DNA of 59,799 bases from a virus (Duplodnaviria; Caudoviricetes), in IMG/VR virus record IMGVR_UViG_3300021964_000069, positions 1-59,799 of that record. One strand, written 5' to 3'. A program made the position numbers and the translations under genes. Below the pieces are notes generated by a model, which was given only the letters and a program-made list of their open reading frames with translations, did no database searches and was not told the origin of the DNA. Positions 9,246-15,727 of the stretch are shown here, piece by piece (the first letter of the stretch is position 1; every line of letters begins with the position of its first letter).

Positions 9246-9318
9246 TTGCGTGGGCAGGATTCGAACCTGCGACCTCAGGGTTATGAGCCCTGCGAGCTGG
9301 CCACTGCTCTACCACGCT
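9246..9318 (-). tRNA. tRNA-Met(CAT), initiator type
   Basis: Minus strand AGCGTGG TAGAGCAGTGGCCAGCTC G CAGGG CTCATAA CCCTG AGGTC GCAGG TTCGAAT CCTGC CCACGCA A. Unpaired 1:72 position and three consecutive G-C pairs in the anticodon stem are fMet hallmarks; CCA is not encoded. Confidence 0.93.
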
Positions 9319-9325
9319 AAAAAAT

Positions 9326-9568
9326 GCAAGTGCACAGACTGGTGGATTTTTATCTGTACTTTAGTCCAGTAATACTTGCTGAGTCTCACCATTGCTTTTC
9401 GTTCACCCTTGCAAGAGGTACGTCGGTTTTTTGACTCTATATAAGATACCGAGGGCGCAGCACATTACCTGTCTTTTTAACTAGTATTATTGCTCGTCAG
9501 CATTCCCTCGGTGTAATATTAATGCTTCTCTGAGTAATGCCTTACTACGCGGTTTTCACTAATATTAC
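9326..9568 (-). ncRNA. Putative structured ncRNA(s): four closely packed stem-closed modules
   Basis: No ORF in the track here and GC-richer than its flanks. Closing stems at 9513-9524/9557-9568, 9448-9455/9505-9512, 9381-9385/9433-9437 and 9326-9331/9374-9379; lies between two tRNA-like genes. Confidence 0.6.
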
Positions 9569-9573
9569 TTTTG

Positions 9574-9649
9574 TGGACGTGGGAGGAGTCGAACCTCCGT
9601 TTGCTGATAGTGTACTTTCGAACTTTGTCAGCACTTACCCGGCACGCCC
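9574..9649 (-). ncRNA. tRNA-like RNA resembling the tmRNA tRNA-like domain (Ala identity)
   Basis: GGGCGTG/CACGTCC acceptor stem with G3.U70 and discriminator A; T-arm GGAGG TTCGACT CCTCC; stemless D-loop CCGGGTAAG; long irregular hairpin TGCTGA...TCAGCA instead of an anticodon arm; 3-nt AAC connector. Confidence 0.75.
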
Positions 9650-9650
9650 A

Positions 9651-9851
9651 TTATTTGCGTCGCCAAGATCGGTGCACTGCTGCACTTGTTGCTTGGTCAA
9701 CGACTTGTATTTCTAACACTTGTTTGCTACCGATTATAGGAACATAGCTATATAATTGTGTATCAGAACATTGCACACATTTATTATAACCTAAATCTAA
9801 TCTTGCTTGTGGCATTGTGTTGCCGCATCTACAGTATTTCATATTGAGCAT
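9651..9851 (-). CDS. DksA/TraR-like C4 zinc-finger protein
   Basis: CRCGNTMPQARLDLGYNKCVQCS matches the C..CG..IP.ARL......C..C pattern. Confidence 0.6.
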   Translation of the reverse strand: MLNMKYCRCGNTMPQARLDLGYNKCVQCSDTQLYSYVPIIGSKQVLEIQVVDQATSAAVHRSWRRK

Positions 9852-10044
9852 TTATTTTTATATATTGATTATTTTCATTCCAAGCGTCTGCTGACATATA
9901 ACCTACGCGTTGATAAACATAATTATCAAGGTGTTGCATCATTTGTTTACGCTCACTTGTTAATTCAGGCTTTTTGCATTTTTTAATAAAGTGAATAACT
10001 CTTGCGCCGTTATCATTTTCGCCATAAAATACCCAGTTTTTCAT
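9829..10044 (-). CDS. Small early hypothetical protein
   Basis: Overlap-coupled ORF. Confidence 0.7.
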   Translation of the reverse strand: MKNWVFYGENDNGARVIHFIKKCKKPELTSERKQMMQHLDNYVYQRVGYMSADAWNENNQYIKINAQYEIL

Positions 10045-10232
10045 AATTGTTGGTTTAATATATAATTTATTACTTGCGATGGTGTACCAATTAATGTACG
10101 CTCTTCGTCATATAAATCTTGATAAACTAATTTATAGAACTTTGGCTTATGTATAGCAAATTGTGTATCAAACTTATTCCCGGCCATCTTACTCGTATTC
10201 AAATTCAATATAGTTACTAAGCTTTGCAGCAA
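10041..10232 (-). CDS. Small early hypothetical protein (likely start MAGNKF)
   Basis: ATGA overlap with the downstream ORF. Confidence 0.6.
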   Translation of the reverse strand: MLQSLVTILNLNTSKMAGNKFDTQFAIHKPKFYKLVYQDLYDEERTLIGTPSQVINYILNQQL

Positions 10233-10428
10233 AATATTCTACGATTTCGTCGTATTCAAAACCTTCTTCTAATAAAGGTATAAGCTTTTCAATTTGGTAA
10301 CGCACTGCGAATTCGTCAATACTTTCATCCATTTTTTTAAACTTTGCTTGATAGTTTAAATAGTTATTTAAATTACTGTTCATAATCGTTAATTTGTAAT
10401 TGGTTAAACATTTCTTTAATTTCTTCAC
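10189..10428 (-). CDS. Small acidic early protein (likely start MNSNLN)
   Basis: First ORF downstream of promoter motif copy 2. Confidence 0.65.
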   Translation of the reverse strand: MKKLKKCLTNYKLTIMNSNLNNYLNYQAKFKKMDESIDEFAVRYQIEKLIPLLEEGFEYDEIVEYFAAKLSNYIEFEYE

Positions 10429-10429
10429 T

Positions 10430-10468
10430 TATATTATCACAATCAAAATTATTTTGTTGTGTACTTTT
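10430..10468 (-). promoter_or_regulatory. Phage bipartite promoter-like motif, copy 2
   Basis: AAAAGTACACAAC-N15-GTGATAATATA. Confidence 0.85.
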
Positions 10469-10671
10469 TAATAAATACATAAAATATTTTTTATTTTTTT
10501 TACAGCATTACGCTCACGAGTCTGATTCATTTCATACCAAGCTAAATGCGTTTCTTGTTCATTTAATGTTAATCCGCCTTTGTTAATACGATTTTCAATA
10601 ATACGCATTTTGTTTCTAGCGTCGTCAACAATTTTATTTAGTTCAGTTATTTGTTTCATATTAATATCCAA
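10468..10671 (-). CDS. Small early coiled-coil protein
   Basis: 67-aa ORF in the early arm. Confidence 0.65.
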   Translation of the reverse strand: MDINMKQITELNKIVDDARNKMRIIENRINKGGLTLNEQETHLAWYEMNQTRERNAVKKIKNILCIY

Positions 10672-10861
10672 ATTTTAAATAATGTTTAATTGTGTTAACG
10701 CTTGCTTTATTGAAAGCGTGTACTCTATCTCTATATTTTTGATCGGTACAATATTTTTTCATTGCATTTACATTAGTAATACCGTGGTCAACACCGTATT
10801 TTTCTTCAAATTTAGCTATTTGTTTTAGCTTAGCGTCCATCATTTCTTTAGTTATATTCAT
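10661..10861 (-). CDS. Small early hypothetical protein
   Basis: 66-aa overlap-coupled ORF. Confidence 0.7.
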   Translation of the reverse strand: MNITKEMMDAKLKQIAKFEEKYGVDHGITNVNAMKKYCTDQKYRDRVHAFNKASVNTIKHYLKFGY

Positions 10862-11025
10862 TTGTTTAATTGTTTTAATAATGCTTGAAACACTTCATTA
10901 TGAAATTTCATATATTCATCTCCATCCATTTCTTCAATTTCTTCGTCCATTTGCCAGTCAATTAAATTATATATTTCTTCTAATACAACTGGTTGTAATT
11001 TGTCGGCTAAATCTTCTGCTGTCAT
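10858..11025 (-). CDS. Small acidic early protein (55 aa, not in ORF track)
   Basis: MTAEDLADKLQPVVLEEIYNLIDWQMDEEIEEMDGDEYMKFHNEVFQALLKQLNK, directly after promoter copy 3; ATGA overlap with the next gene. Confidence 0.7.
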   Translation of the reverse strand: MTAEDLADKLQPVVLEEIYNLIDWQMDEEIEEMDGDEYMKFHNEVFQALLKQLNK

Positions 11026-11039
11026 TTTATTTATTTTAT

Positions 11040-11078
11040 TATATTATCACAGTATTATTAATTTTGTTGTGTACTTTT
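11040..11078 (-). promoter_or_regulatory. Phage bipartite promoter-like motif, copy 3
   Basis: AAAAGTACACAAC-N15-GTGATAATATA. Confidence 0.85.
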
Positions 11079-11394
11079 ATTCAGTTTCAAGTACTTTTTC
11101 CATTTCATACCAATTTACGGTATCGTCATGGTTATTTAATAAGTCATATAAGGCTGAATAGGCAGCTTGTTGCCAGTTATTAGCTCGACCAAATGTATCA
11201 TGATTTTGAAATACATCATAATCTAAATTGTCAATGATTAGTTTACATTCATAATTGTATATAACTTTATTGTCAAGCCATTCGTTTTGAAATGTATAGA
11301 AATCATCTTGATCGTTTATATCACCTTGGTGAAAAGCATACCAAGCATCATCACCAAATTCATGTACTAATTTATCTGCTTCAGTCCAGTTCAT
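11077..11394 (-). CDS. Ocr-like (T7 gp0.3-like) acidic DNA-mimic anti-restriction protein
   Basis: 105 aa, acidic; GDINDQDDFYTFQNEWLDNKVIYNYECKLII aligns by eye with Ocr [32 protein letters not shown]. Confidence 0.6.
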   Translation of the reverse strand: MNWTEADKLVHEFGDDAWYAFHQGDINDQDDFYTFQNEWLDNKVIYNYECKLIIDNLDYDVFQNHDTFGRANNWQQAAYSALYDLLNNHDDTVNWYEMEKVLETE

Positions 11395-11509
11395 ATTATT
11401 TATTTTAAAGTCATTGTTAGTAATTCAAATTCATCGTTTGTTATAATTCCTTCCATTAAAGCTAGGAATTCTTTTGAAACGTCTCGACCTGTGTATTTAT
11501 TTGTTATAA

Positions 11510-11710
11510 TCATAATTTACTAAATATTTCTAAGATTTCTAATTCATTTTTGTAATCTACTTTTTGTAAGTCTGTTAATTCATACATAGAGTCTACGTCA
11601 GCTGTATGTTTTATAAAGTTTTTTGCTGTAAAATAGATTGTATCTATTTGTTGTTGAGTTAATTTAATTGCTTTCATATCATTTATTACATTTACAAAGT
11701 ATTGTTTCAT
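11510..11710 (-). CDS. Small early hypothetical protein
   Basis: 66-aa ORF in the early arm. Confidence 0.6.
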   Translation of the reverse strand: MKQYFVNVINDMKAIKLTQQQIDTIYFTAKNFIKHTADVDSMYELTDLQKVDYKNELEILEIFSKL

Positions 11711-12110
11711 ATTTATTTATTTTTTGTCACACTCATTCAACAGTTTTTTATATGGTATCAGAAAATTGGTATAAACCTCCATATTTTTATTTTATACTTC
11801 TTCTACTAAAAATATATTGTCACTTCCAAAATGTTTTATAACTTTTTCAATACTATCACTTTTCATATACTTAACGAACGGACGTACATTTCCATTTTTA
11901 TCTTTCCAACTTGTAGTTTTAATTACTTTAAACATTTTCATAATTTCTAATTTTTTATTTATTCATTTCAATAATTTCATTATATATTTCGTCTATTTCT
12001 TCTACACTAAATGTTAGTAAATCTTTAAGATCTTTTTCATTATGTGTGTTTTTAATATAATTTTTAATGAATTTTATTTTGTTTTTCATGTTTACTATTT
12101 TATTTACATT

Positions 12111-12149
12111 AATATTATCACTTTATTATAAATATTGTAGTGTACTTTT
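12111..12149 (-). promoter_or_regulatory. Phage bipartite promoter-like motif, copy 4
   Basis: AAAAGTACACTAC-N15-GTGATAATATT; overlaps the 3' end of ORF 12126..12347. Confidence 0.85.
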
Positions 12150-12347
12150 TGGAATATTTTCAACATTAATAAAACTAAAACCTTTATTTGTAAATTCAAT
12201 TAAGTTATCTTCTTTTAAGTAGAATTTGAATTCTAGTAAATCATTTATTTTAAAACCTATATATTTGTTGTTATTAAATTTAAACTTTTTAGTATTTATA
12301 AGTTTTGATTTGTAGTGATTAGTTTTTAATTTTGCTAAATTTGACAT
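12126..12347 (-). CDS. Small early hypothetical protein
   Basis: Directly downstream of promoter copy 5; weak similarity to ORF 7019..7186 (F..KG.SFI / F.KNG.TYI). Confidence 0.7.
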   Translation of the reverse strand: MSNLAKLKTNHYKSKLINTKKFKFNNNKYIGFKINDLLEFKFYLKEDNLIEFTNKGFSFINVENIPKSTLQYL

Positions 12348-12369
12348 ATTGTTATTTTTTATTTACATT

Positions 12370-12408
12370 TATATTATCACTTTGTTATAAAGTTTGTAGT
12401 GTACTTTT
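12370..12408 (-). promoter_or_regulatory. Phage bipartite promoter-like motif, copy 5
   Basis: AAAAGTACACTAC-N15-GTGATAATATA followed by AATGTAAAT. Confidence 0.85.
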
Positions 12409-12602
12409 TAGATTAATTCTAATTTATAAAAATATTCACATCTTTTATAAAACTCTTCTAAAGCTTCATTATATTCCATTTCTACTCCTAAATCTTTGAA
12501 AGCAAATCTTACTATTAAGTTTTCATTTTCTATTTGGTTTTTACTTCCATAATAGTTGATATTTTTTAATAACTTTAACTCTTTCCTAATAATTTCTAAC
12601 AT
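12408..12602 (-). CDS. Small early hypothetical protein (first gene of the minus arm)
   Basis: Directly downstream of promoter copy 6. Confidence 0.7.
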   Translation of the reverse strand: MLEIIRKELKLLKNINYYGSKNQIENENLIVRFAFKDLGVEMEYNEALEEFYKRCEYFYKLELI

Positions 12603-12625
12603 TATTCTTATATTTTATTTACATT

Positions 12626-12664
12626 TATATTATCACTTTATAATAATATTTGTTGTGTACTTTT
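12626..12664 (-). promoter_or_regulatory. Phage bipartite promoter-like motif, copy 6
   Basis: AAAAGTACACAAC-N15-GTGATAATATA followed by AATGTAAAT. Confidence 0.85.
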
Positions 12665-13150
12665 TATTAATTAAATACAAAATGTCCCTTTTTGAAAATA
12701 TTGCACTATAATATAATGTATAACATTATATGTTTAAAGTATTTAAATAAACATTGTAAACTATTCAATACAACTATTAATTCATTGAATATAATGCAAT
12801 AACAAAAGTAAATACTATAAAACATTAATATAGAATTGTGTATAATACAGGTATAACACCGTTTGTATGTATATGTAACAATAAAATGTACAAATCATTG
12901 CAAAGTTTGCGACGAACTAGTACAATGATCGACATATTAACAATATAACTGTATATCAATGTGTTATGATTGCATTATTAGTGACAATTTATTGTAATTA
13001 CTGTAAATATTGTAACAAAATCATTGTAAAACTAACAATATAGGGGCTATTTATAATATGACTTTCCTAACAAGCTGGTTATCATATACATATGTATAAC
13101 ACAATACCTCTATATTTGTAACATATTTTAATTTAATTCACTATTATTTC
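12665..13150. other. AT-rich non-coding divergence region (candidate genome end, packaging site or origin)
   Basis: Longest ORF-free stretch, at the strand switch, with many ATTGT/ACAAT-type short repeats. Confidence 0.5.
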
Positions 13151-13151
13151 A

Positions 13152-13316
13152 ATGAGTAAAGAATATACCCACATTAAGGCTAATGGTATCCGAAACGAGC
13201 TTAAAGAGATACGTAAGTCTGTGGACAAACTAACTGACGCCATAAAGGCACACACAAACGCTTATGAAAACCTTAAATATAATGCTCGTCCTTCTGATAT
13301 TCTTAGCGGGATGTAG
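13152..13316 (+). CDS. Small coiled-coil protein (54 aa, not in ORF track)
   Basis: MSKEYTHIKANGIRNELKEIRKSVDKLTDAIKAHTNAYENLKYNARPSDILSGM. Confidence 0.6.
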   Translation: MSKEYTHIKANGIRNELKEIRKSVDKLTDAIKAHTNAYENLKYNARPSDILSGM

Positions 13317-13443
13317 CGCAACGAGAGACCTTAAATATGCAACATACAAAGAGATTACTCAGGATGTTTGCATCGACAATGAACACGAAGTGCATTTAGC
13401 ACAACAACTATACCTATATATGCTAGGCCCGGGGCATAAATAA
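13264..13443 (+). CDS. Small lipoprotein (59 aa, not in ORF track)
   Basis: MKTLNIMLVLLIFLAG-CSATRDL...: basic N-terminus, hydrophobic core and canonical LAGC lipobox. Confidence 0.75.
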   Translation: MKTLNIMLVLLIFLAGCSATRDLKYATYKEITQDVCIDNEHEVHLAQQLYLYMLGPGHK

Positions 13444-13548
13444 TATCGGGCGTTCTGTACAGTATTTGATGCAGAATACTTAATATGTTGTTTTTTTGAA
13501 CTAAAAGTAATACGGGGCAACATATATAACCTATAAAACCAAAAACCT

Positions 13549-13845
13549 ATGACTTATTTTTATTACCAGGCATCTAGACAGGTGCAACCGAAAATTTCCA
13601 ACGAAACCATCGAACTGTGGAAACGCCATGCAGACAAGACTAACTGGCGGATCACTGAATTACCGAATGGGTACTACCAAGCGGAGTTCGATAATGCCGG
13701 GGAGTGGGCAGATATCACTCGCCGTGAAACCATTGAAGGTACAGAAAGAGCAATTGACTCCTCAATCGAGCATTACAAACGTAAGCTTAAATTAATAGAG
13801 GGGCCAGTTGTGGTAAAAACATTTAAAAAGAATGGCAAAAACTAG
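13549..13845 (+). CDS. Conserved phage hypothetical protein
   Basis: NWRITELPNGYYQAE...TRRETIEGTERAIDSSIEHY; 98 aa. Confidence 0.8.
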   Translation: MTYFYYQASRQVQPKISNETIELWKRHADKTNWRITELPNGYYQAEFDNAGEWADITRRETIEGTERAIDSSIEHYKRKLKLIEGPVVVKTFKKNGKN

Positions 13846-14005
13846 AAGAAGATCGAGTAGAAGGAGAGCTGGGAGTAACCTGGCTTCTCCTTTTCCTCTT
13901 AAAGATAGCTGCTACTACAGCGTAAAAGCAAGGTATGATGTATTTCCATCGGCTTATGCTTCTGGTGCAATAGCCAAATGTAGAAAAAATAAATCTAAAA
14001 AATAA
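13832..14005 (+). CDS. Small basic phage protein (57 aa, not in ORF track)
   Basis: MAKTRRRSSRRRAG...KDSCYYSVKARYDVFPSAYASGAIAKCRK; the PSAYASGA..KCRK motif is recalled from marine phage proteins. Confidence 0.75.
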   Translation: MAKTRRRSSRRRAGSNLASPFPLKDSCYYSVKARYDVFPSAYASGAIAKCRKNKSKK

Positions 14006-14009
14006 AAAA

Positions 14010-14171
14010 ATGGGATTAGGACCACAAAATTTAGGGGCTAAAGGAATGAACCCAAAAAGCACACCTTGCGGGCATTCAAAATCACCCTTAGCTAAGCTTA
14101 CTGATCTGTCTGGTGATGGCAAGATTACACAAAAAGACGTATTAATTGGTAGAGGTGTAATTGAAAAGTAA
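14010..14171 (+). CDS. Small protein with EF-hand/dockerin-like loop (53 aa, not in ORF track)
   Basis: ...LTDLSGDGKITQKDVLIGRGVIEK; TAATG overlap with the next gene. Confidence 0.7.
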   Translation: MGLGPQNLGAKGMNPKSTPCGHSKSPLAKLTDLSGDGKITQKDVLIGRGVIEK

Positions 14172-14467
14172 TGGCTGTGCGCAAAACCAAAAAGGGATTA
14201 GCGCTCAAACGTTGGTTTAAAGAAAAATGGACTGACGAAAAGGGTAATCCTTGCGGTTCAACTAAAAATAAAAATACCAAAAAATGCCGACCATCGAAAC
14301 GGGTGTCCGGCAAAACGGTAAAAACCTGGGGTGAGATGTCACCTTCGGAAAAAAAGCGTGCGGTAGCTGAAAAGAAAAGAGTTGGTATGGGAAGAAAGAC
14401 TTCTCAAATAAGAAGAAAAACGACTAAAGCAAAAAAGAATGACACTACCAAAAAACGGCGTCGCTAA
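14171..14467 (+). CDS. Small highly basic phage protein
   Basis: LKRWFKEKW..PCG..KCRPSKRVS.KT.KT; very K/R-rich. Confidence 0.8.
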   Translation: MAVRKTKKGLALKRWFKEKWTDEKGNPCGSTKNKNTKKCRPSKRVSGKTVKTWGEMSPSEKKRAVAEKKRVGMGRKTSQIRRKTTKAKKNDTTKKRRR

Positions 14468-14855
14468 AGAGATTAGATCATATATAGGTTCTTTATTTAT
14501 ATTTTTATTTGTGGTGGGTATTATAATTACTTTACTGCAGTTTCCAGTATTGGAAGGAAATAAAGAGGTTGTTATGATCCTTATAGGTACTGTAGCTGCG
14601 TCTATACCTACTGTAATAAGTGCAATTACTGGAACCAAACCTGATGATATAAATGCTCTTAAAGGCGATATAGCTAAAAGAGACCACCAGATTGAATTAC
14701 TTATTAAGTCAAAAGATGACTTAGAAGGAATGGTAATTGAACTACAAAGAGAAATACTAAAAAATCAAGACGATATAATGGACAAGATAGTTCTTAAAGC
14801 TGCTCTTGATTTTGATGATAGAATTGCCGCTAAAGCAATATTAAATAAAAAGTAA
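14439..14855 (+). CDS. Membrane protein (2 TM + coiled coil)
   Basis: Hydrophobic segments YIGSLFIFLFVVGIIITLL and VVMILIGTVAASIPTVISAI, then a heptad-rich tail. Confidence 0.75.
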   Translation: MTLPKNGVAKEIRSYIGSLFIFLFVVGIIITLLQFPVLEGNKEVVMILIGTVAASIPTVISAITGTKPDDINALKGDIAKRDHQIELLIKSKDDLEGMVIELQREILKNQDDIMDKIVLKAALDFDDRIAAKAILNKK

Positions 14856-15175
14856 TGGCTAACATAGATATTGATGGTGACGGAAAAGCCGACTTTTCAA
14901 TAAATATAAGTCAGATAATTACCATAGGTGCATTGTTTGCATCTATAATAGGTTCTTATTACACTTTATCAGCTAAGATTGATTCAAATGCAACGGCTGT
15001 AAAGAAGTTAAAAGAAAATGAGCAGAAGTATACATGGCCTGCTCAGCGCAAGCTTGAAGAAGACGTGCAAAAAATGACAGTAGAATTTCAAGCAGCCATG
15101 AAAGATATCGAATACTCTATGCGCGACATAAGTAAGTTGCGCGAAGAGGTCGATAGTAAACGAGATAAAAAATGA
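14855..15175 (+). CDS. Membrane-anchored coiled-coil protein with N-terminal DxDxDG loop
   Basis: DIDGDGKADF, TM segment IITIGALFASIIGSYY, coiled-coil C-terminus. Confidence 0.7.
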   Translation: MANIDIDGDGKADFSINISQIITIGALFASIIGSYYTLSAKIDSNATAVKKLKENEQKYTWPAQRKLEEDVQKMTVEFQAAMKDIEYSMRDISKLREEVDSKRDKK

Positions 15176-15426
15176 GTCAGAAGTTAACCCGAAAAGCCAG
15201 AGCGGCTAAAGCAAAAAGGGATTTGCGATATGCTAATGCGCGAGATCGTAAAGCAAAGCGTGCAGATAGCCAAAAGAAACGTAGAGCTGCTAAGAAGGCG
15301 GGTTTAAATCTGACTGGTAAAGACTACGATCATAAGGATAGTAAGTTTAAATCAATAAAGAAAAACCGTGGTAACGACGGTAAAGGAACAAAAAGAGAAA
15401 AAAGAAAACTAATAAAACGTAAATAA
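15172..15426 (+). CDS. Small basic protein with degenerate HNH-like motif
   Basis: GKDYDHKD...SIKKNRG; very K/R-rich. Confidence 0.65.
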   Translation: MSQKLTRKARAAKAKRDLRYANARDRKAKRADSQKKRRAAKKAGLNLTGKDYDHKDSKFKSIKKNRGNDGKGTKREKRKLIKRK

Positions 15427-15430
15427 TATT

Positions 15431-15727
15431 ATGAAAGGTTCACCTTATTTTAAGATGGCCATGGGATCTAAAGAAAAAGACACCCCTGGAATCATGAGCG
15501 ATAAACAAACCGGATTATTAAAATCAGCACCTATGTATAAATACGCAGATGGCCCAATAATTAAGCCAGGCGATATGTATGCTAGCGAAGCTGCTAATGC
15601 AGAAGCTACTAAAGCAAGCTCTGGAGATAGCTACGAAAGTATGTCTTCATCTTTTGATAGTGGTAAATCAGCTGGAGAAAAATTTGTAGGCAAAAAAGAG
15701 AAAAAAGAAGAAGAAGGTAAAGAATAA
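15431..15727 (+). CDS. Hypothetical low-complexity protein
   Basis: 98-aa ORF, TAATG overlap with the next gene. Confidence 0.7.
   Translation: MKGSPYFKMAMGSKEKDTPGIMSDKQTGLLKSAPMYKYADGPIIKPGDMYASEAANAEATKASSGDSYESMSSSFDSGKSAGEKFVGKKEKKEEEGKE

Noticed and set aside
9490-9503. CUGACGA (minus strand) as a hammerhead ribozyme core
   Set aside because: No correctly placed GAAA after a stem II and no stem I/III pairing found; it folds more simply as a UGCU-GACG-AGCA hairpin.
9574-9649. Ordinary tRNA (e.g. anticodon TCG or CGA)
   Set aside because: No D-stem and no 5-bp stem with 7-nt anticodon loop can be drawn; the architecture fits a tmRNA TLD better.
10430-12664. Repeated motif as a CRISPR array
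   Set aside because: Copies are irregularly spaced (hundreds to thousands of nt), bipartite with a variable middle, separated by ORFs, and no cas genes are present.
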